DNA of 64,000 nucleotides from Cyanobacteria bacterium P01_F01_bin.150 (GTDB lineage Bacteria; Cyanobacteriota; Cyanobacteriia; CAKZMO01): NCBI GenBank assembly GCA_039189765.1, contig JBCCYL010000017.1, positions 1 to 64,000 of the forward strand, read 5' to 3'. Shown piece by piece: positions 58,970 to 64,000 of this stretch (position 1 is its first letter; each line of letters starts with the position of its first letter). The notes under the pieces were generated by a model. It saw only the letters and a program-made list of their open reading frames with translations, ran no database searches and was not told where the DNA came from. The position numbers and the translations under genes were made by a program.

Positions 58970-59905
58970 GTGCTAAAACATCCTTCACAGCTAGCTTTTG
59001 AATATTCAACCTTTGAGTATGGTTCTTCATTAGGAATACATGCAGATTGTTTTGAATGGCTAGGTAAAGTGCCTGAGAATAGCATCCATGCTGTAGTGAC
59101 CGATCCCCCATATGGAGTTAAGGAGTACGATTTTGATCAGCTAGAGAAAAAAAATAACGGCAGAGGCGGAATTTGGAGAATACCACCATCATTTGATGGA
59201 AATGTGCGTTCTCCTTTGCCGCGTTTTACAGCTCTTAACGAAAAGGAAAGAGCTCATTTACAACGCTTTTTCCTGGAATGGACGAAAATGATTATTCGGC
59301 CTATTTGTCCTGGTGGTCATATATTTATTGCTTCTAACACCTTTCTTTCGCAACTTGTATTTCAATCTTTAATAGATGGTGGACTAGAATATAGAGGGAC
59401 AGCGATTCGGTTAGTCAGAACCTTGCGTGGTGGGGATAGGCCCAAAAATGCAGAAGAAGAGTTTGAGGATGTGTGCTCTATGCCTCGCGGCTGTTTTGAA
59501 CCCTGGGGTATTTTTCGTAAACCCTTCCTGAAAGGAATGAGAGTTAGTGACTGCCTTAAAGAATTTGGAACTGGAGGGCTAAGAAGAAAGTCTGATGGTA
59601 ATCCTTTCGAAGATGTTATCAATAGTGAACGAACCCCTCGAAAGGAAAGATTAATTGCAGATCATCCCAGCTTAAAACCACAATCTTTTCTGAGAAAAAT
59701 TGTTTATGCCTCTTTACCTTTAGGCAATGGTATTGTTGTAGACCCTTTCATGGGTTCGGGTTCTACGATTGCTGCGGCTGCGGCTATTGGCTATCAAGGA
59801 ATTGGAATCGAGAGATATAAAGATTACTTTGATGTAAGTAAAGGAGCAGTTCCTAAACTTGCAGCCTTGCAGACTAAAGATTTACAACTTTCTTTGTTAG
59901 TTTGA
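58970..59905 (+). CDS. N4-cytosine/N6-adenine DNA methyltransferase (beta class)
   Basis: VTDPPY before HPSLKP and DPFMGSGST. Confidence 0.93.
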   Translation: MLKHPSQLAFEYSTFEYGSSLGIHADCFEWLGKVPENSIHAVVTDPPYGVKEYDFDQLEKKNNGRGGIWRIPPSFDGNVRSPLPRFTALNEKERAHLQRFFLEWTKMIIRPICPGGHIFIASNTFLSQLVFQSLIDGGLEYRGTAIRLVRTLRGGDRPKNAEEEFEDVCSMPRGCFEPWGIFRKPFLKGMRVSDCLKEFGTGGLRRKSDGNPFEDVINSERTPRKERLIADHPSLKPQSFLRKIVYASLPLGNGIVVDPFMGSGSTIAAAAAIGYQGIGIERYKDYFDVSKGAVPKLAALQTKDLQLSLLV

Positions 59906-60547
59906 GAAATCTTGATATACCCAGTTCTCTTTCATCTTGCTAGAGCCTTTCTTGTTAACACTTGCTGTTATGGTCCGCCTGCTAGTTGAAGAACGGCCAG
60001 AAAAATTCCAATCTCCTTCCTCTAACTTAGCCGCATATACTGCTTTGAAAATAAAGGACTTAGGATTTATGCCTTTAACTTTGTCATTTGATGTGTTGCT
60101 ATCAAAGCAGAAAACCATAAGCCAAACAGCCTCAGGATTATGGCCTTGCCAACCACTCAAATGCCTAGAAGCTTTTATCTCAAGACCCTGATCAGAATAC
60201 TGAACAGCATTGTTAGGAAAGGTATTTACAGGAATTAAATCTGGATGCCCATTGTGATACTGATTCTTGGCAAGTGTAGGACAATGTTTGGGAATATTCA
60301 TATTCATAAATTCACCTACAATACTACTGAAATTGGCAGGCATCAAAAAGCTCTCTAGACGAGACATCCTCTTTGTTTGAAGCTGGCCGTTAATAAAACC
60401 GATGAAGTCTATAAACTCACCCATAGCTTGATAAATATGAGACACTTCTAAACCATATGGCAACTCGCATTTATCATTAAATAAACTAAAGTTGACTGAT
60501 ATTGGCAAACATGCCTGAAGCTCTTTCTCAGCATCATTATTGATCAT
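59897..60547 (-). CDS. Putative type II restriction endonuclease
   Basis: PDL...EIK (PD-(D/E)xK); downstream of the C gene and convergent with the MTase. Confidence 0.75.
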   Translation of the reverse strand: MINNDAEKELQACLPISVNFSLFNDKCELPYGLEVSHIYQAMGEFIDFIGFINGQLQTKRMSRLESFLMPANFSSIVGEFMNMNIPKHCPTLAKNQYHNGHPDLIPVNTFPNNAVQYSDQGLEIKASRHLSGWQGHNPEAVWLMVFCFDSNTSNDKVKGINPKSFIFKAVYAAKLEEGDWNFSGRSSTSRRTITASVNKKGSSKMKENWVYQDFSN

Positions 60548-60770
60548 TGATATGATTTGGCTTTGATTCCAACAACTGTGAAGGTTCAACGCCAAGCACT
60601 GCCGCAATTTTCTCTATATTGAGTGCAGAGATGTTTCTCTCGCCCCTTTCAACAGAACCAACGTAAGTTCTGTGCAAATCAGCTAAGTCAGCCAATTGCT
60701 CCTGACTTAGTTCAAGTTTTTTCCGATAAAACTTGATATTTGACCCAATAATGGCAAGTATGCTCGACAT
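60537..60770 (-). CDS. R-M controller (C) protein, XRE HTH
   Basis: LSQEQLA..ADLHRTYVGSVERGERNIS. Confidence 0.9.
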   Translation of the reverse strand: MSSILAIIGSNIKFYRKKLELSQEQLADLADLHRTYVGSVERGERNISALNIEKIAAVLGVEPSQLLESKPNHINDQ

Positions 60771-60788
60771 GGGTCTAATTTCGCAAAT

Positions 60789-60823
60789 ATGCTACTTATA
60801 AGTCTACAGCTTATAAGTAGCAT
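60789..60823 (-). promoter_or_regulatory. C-box operator
   Basis: Perfect 14-bp IR ATGCTACTTATAAG-N7-CTTATAAGTAGCAT, 18 bp upstream of the C gene. Confidence 0.85.
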
Positions 60824-61407
60824 TTATTTCTACAGAGTTGTTCTTGCTCTTAAAGCTTGCATCTGTAAATCAATTCTTTGGAAATTGTTGTCAGTTTAGT
60901 CGGCTACCTAATTAGTCGGGCACCTAACAATTTATTAGAGGGAAAATTTCTGCCTAATCCACTTGTCAAGCAGATTAGTTAGCAGCTTATCTGTAATCCA
61001 CCTATAAGGTAGGTTAGTTAGAAACTTGTCCGCCTAATATCCCTATGCGGTTAGTTTAGGCAGAAATCATTCAGCTCAACACGCTGATATGGGGGATTAG
61101 ATAGAAATTCATCCGCCTAATCTGCTTATATGGATGATTAGGCAGAAAAGCTCAGTCTAATCTCCTCTTCAATAGGACATGGGAACTGCTTAATGTTTAT
61201 TCGTCAGATTTAATACAAGGTTACTTTGCATAAGGCGAAGATTCTTGGTTCAGGGACGATGTAAGATGCGATCGCCCTCCACCAAAGCGATCGCCCTTCA
61301 CTAACGCATCCTTTTGCAAAGTTGGAGCGGGTTCGAAACATAACAAACTTGGTCCGCCCGTTGATGATGAAATTCTTAAAACGCGCTCATCCCTCGTTAT
61401 CACTCGT

Positions 61408-61776
61408 TCACAGTAATGAACGAATAAGAACTAAACCATCCACAACGGTGTCTAGCTGTAGTCGATATCCTTTAAGCAACCTCATGCCTAATAGTGGATC
61501 AGTTTCGGCTGCATTCACTTCAATCTGCTGATATTGTCCATCCCAAATGACTTGGGCATCATAGACATCAAAGAGGGTTTCACTACCATCTCCTAACGTA
61601 CCGCGATCGCGATATTTCCACGATAATCCAAGCTCAGCAATCATACTACTCGGTAAACTTAGGAACCCGGTAAATCCTGTATCAATCACAGCATTAACTG
61701 ACTTCAGGTTCGCGCCATTTTTGAGGGTAACTGAAATCACTGCTTCGTAGTTTTTGTTAACGTACCCCTGCATCAT
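61408..61776 (-). CDS. Clan AA aspartic protease-like protein
   Basis: AVIDTGFTGFLSLP; PLLGM. Confidence 0.85.
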   Translation of the reverse strand: MMQGYVNKNYEAVISVTLKNGANLKSVNAVIDTGFTGFLSLPSSMIAELGLSWKYRDRGTLGDGSETLFDVYDAQVIWDGQYQQIEVNAAETDPLLGMRLLKGYRLQLDTVVDGLVLIRSLL

Positions 61777-62048
61777 TGGGAATCTTTTAGACTCCGTGCC
61801 CCAAAGCGATGAACGGCACGATAGCCTATGCGAATAACCCACGGTTGAGCATCGGGCAAACGCTGGTAGAGCTTTGCCGTAGCCATCATAGTATCGTCAC
61901 CCATTTCAAATGCGCCTGTCTCAATATCAATCGCTACAATTTTGCCGTGATTATCTGCTTCAATTTGCGGGCGAATTTGGGCTTCGTACCAGCGATCGCC
62001 CTTCTGGGCAAATTCTTCTTTACTGTAGCGAGGTTGTCGAACGGCCAT
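61773..62048 (-). CDS. Small partner protein of the aspartic protease
   Basis: MAVRQPRYSKEEFA..GKIVAIDIETG; ATGA overlap. Confidence 0.8.
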   Translation of the reverse strand: MAVRQPRYSKEEFAQKGDRWYEAQIRPQIEADNHGKIVAIDIETGAFEMGDDTMMATAKLYQRLPDAQPWVIRIGYRAVHRFGARSLKDSQ

Positions 62049-62153
62049 GGTTTTGGAGTGACCTAAGGGTTTCTCCATTATTTTAGCGTGGTCACACTAC
62101 AATTTTGTGCGATCGCCCTCCACCAAAGCGATCATAAAGTCCCTTAACCCCTC

Positions 62154-62447
62154 TCATAACGTATCGGGCCAACGATGGGAACCATGAAGTACAGCTAAAA
62201 CCTCAATGCTATTTTGCCGAATACGATAGGGGAGTATAAACGGAGTACGGGGAACGACCAATTCACGAGTTTGATTCACTCGGCCTATGCGCCCCATCTC
62301 AGGAAACTGTTGCAGCGATTGTAAGGATTTGTCAATGCGTTCAATGATTTGCTGGGCCGTGTCTGGAGCCGTTTCAGCGATGTAGTCATAGGCATGATTT
62401 AAATCAGCGATCGCTTGCTTGGTCCACTTCATCTTTATTGTCGCCAT
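62154..62447 (-). CDS. RelE/ParE family toxin
   Basis: WTKQAIADL, FPEMGR, TRELVV, VLAVLHG. Confidence 0.9.
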   Translation of the reverse strand: MATIKMKWTKQAIADLNHAYDYIAETAPDTAQQIIERIDKSLQSLQQFPEMGRIGRVNQTRELVVPRTPFILPYRIRQNSIEVLAVLHGSHRWPDTL

Positions 62448-62677
62448 CGGTCAAATGCAGCCTTTACTTCATCATCCGTCGCAAATTCATCGGCATCCGC
62501 TTGCTGAACCCCGTCAAGGATATGAGCGACTTGCCACCGATGGAGTTCTAAATACAGATCAATGGCTTCGTTGAGGACATAAGTGCGATCTCGATCGATC
62601 CCTTCGGCGATTTCATCCAGGGCTGTACGTTTTTCTGAGGTAAGGCGAAAGGTCACGGTGTCTTTGCTGACGGTCAC
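62435..62677 (-). CDS. RHH/CopG-type antitoxin
   Basis: VTFRL..LDEIA..RDRTYVLNEAI; overlaps the toxin gene. Confidence 0.88.
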   Translation of the reverse strand: MTVSKDTVTFRLTSEKRTALDEIAEGIDRDRTYVLNEAIDLYLELHRWQVAHILDGVQQADADEFATDDEVKAAFDRWRQ

Positions 62678-62844
62678 GGTGAATTAACCTACTGTGTGAT
62701 GAAATAATATGCTGTATTACAGTGTAAGACTAGCACATCCGAACATTGATAATCCCAAGAAAGCTGTCTGATGTCATAAATCGAGAAAAGCGATGTGACT
62801 ACTGTGACGTCTATATAATAGGGATTGTCGCTCGAAAAAAATTG

Positions 62845-63171
62845 ATGGTTACTCCCTCTACACCCACATCAACGTCAATTGAAATAGGCTTTAAGGCGCT
62901 TTCCGATCCGCTGCGGGTGAGAATCGTTGAAGCGCTGCAAGAACAAGAAATGTGTGTATGTGATTTGAGCGATCGCCTCGACATCCGTCAATCCAAGCTG
63001 TCCTTTCATCTCAAGGTACTCAAAGAAGCCCAACTATTGCGCTCTACCCAAGCCGGGAAATGGACCTACTACAGCCTCAACCTTCCCCAGTTCGCCACCC
63101 TAGAGCAGTATCTGGCCGATATCCGACGGTTAAGTCCAATGTTGCCCCCACGGGTATGTGCAGATGATTGA
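62845..63171 (+). CDS. arsR: ArsR/SmtB family regulator
   Basis: FKALSDPLR, EMCVCDL, QSKLSFHLKVL. Confidence 0.9.
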   Translation: MVTPSTPTSTSIEIGFKALSDPLRVRIVEALQEQEMCVCDLSDRLDIRQSKLSFHLKVLKEAQLLRSTQAGKWTYYSLNLPQFATLEQYLADIRRLSPMLPPRVCADD

Positions 63172-63392
63172 TGATTGACCAAAGTTGATATGACGGTTCG
63201 AAAATTTTGCACCCATCAGGTCTGATCTTCACCCATGACCACCCGCAAGTAAACTGCGGGCTAGCAAGAAAAGTCCCTACGGAACTCCCACTCTTCCGGA
63301 AATCCTGAAGGGATTTGCTGAAATAGCCCGCCATTTATTCGCGGGTGAAATTTGGTATGACCTTATTGTTCGTTCTATTCTTAAAACGATTG

Positions 63393-63418
63393 ATCAAATC
63401 AACTTTTTTTGATTTGAT
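63393..63418 (+). promoter_or_regulatory. ArsR operator
   Basis: IR ATCAAATCAA-N6-TTGATTTGAT containing ATCAACTTTTTTTGAT, like the cyanobacterial ArsR site. Confidence 0.7.
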
Positions 63419-63468
63419 AAGAGTGGTTTTCGCAGTGTGACGTGAAACAACCACAGGAATGAACGGAT

Positions 63469-64000
63469 ATGGTGAAGGTTGCAATCAATGGGTTTGGTAG
63501 AATCGGACGCCTGGTCTTACGGGCCTCTTGGCTTTGGCCAGAGCTAGAGTTCACCCACATCAACGAAATTAAAGGGGGATCGGTCGCCGCCGCTCATCTG
63601 CTCAAATTTGATTCGGTCCACGGTCGCTGGCAACCAGAGGTGGAAGCCGTAGGCGAAGACAAAATTACCATTGATGGCGTGCCTGTCACCTTTAGCGACT
63701 ATGCCACTCCTGGGGATGTGCCGTGGGATGAGCTAGGCGTGGATATGGTGCTGGAATGTTCGGGCAAATTTCGCACCCCTGAACTGCTAGAGCCATACTT
63801 CAAGCGCAGGGTGAAAAAAGTGATCGTGGCCGCGCCCGTAAAACAGGGGGCATTGAATATCGTCTATGGCATTAACGATCACCTCTACAACCCAGATGAG
63901 CATCACCTCCTCACTGCCGCATCGTGTACGACGAATTGTATTGCCCCTGTGGTGAAAGTCATTTATGAAGGCTTGGGAATTAAGCATGGGGTGATCACGA
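63469..64000 (+). CDS. gap: Glyceraldehyde-3-phosphate dehydrogenase, ArsJ-associated type; runs off the window
   Basis: Hand translation [35 protein letters not shown]; follows arsR and its operator. Confidence 0.9.
   Translation, partial: MVKVAINGFGRIGRLVLRASWLWPELEFTHINEIKGGSVAAAHLLKFDSVHGRWQPEVEAVGEDKITIDGVPVTFSDYATPGDVPWDELGVDMVLECSGKFRTPELLEPYFKRRVKKVIVAAPVKQGALNIVYGINDHLYNPDEHHLLTAASCTTNCIAPVVKVIYEGLGIKHGVIT

Overview
Cyanobacterial genomic DNA: HIP1 octamers (GCGATCGC), heptamer/octamer STRR repeats, GTAG-type REPs, Pho boxes and an ArsR operator. 1-12 kb is an accessory region with an ISL3 end, a PstS-like/GT1 glycosyltransferase fusion, a two-lectin protein, an IS1 remnant, a prenyltransferase cluster and an AsnB-like amidotransferase. 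12-21 kb encodes five proteins with a shared, positionally conserved ~80-aa N-terminal leader (one is a DUF4157 protein). They are interleaved with an Afp15-like AAA+ ATPase and sit next to three candidate modifying enzymes (AsnB-like, 2OG-Fe(II) oxygenase, YgiC-like ATP-grasp). 21.5-39 kb is an essentially complete Afp/PVC-like extracellular contractile injection system (eCIS) operon ending at a degraded IS1. 40.5-56.4 kb is a Pho-box-led C-P lyase/phosphonate region (phnGHIJKLMM, phnZ, phosphoesterase, phnDCE) with several inserted genes. 56.4-64 kb holds IS630, Uma2, TA modules, a C-protein-controlled type II R-M system, and arsR plus an ArsJ-type GAPDH. The most interesting candidate system is the eCIS with its leader-tagged cargo family and adjacent putative cargo-modifying enzymes. 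All family calls come from motif recognition; no database search was run.
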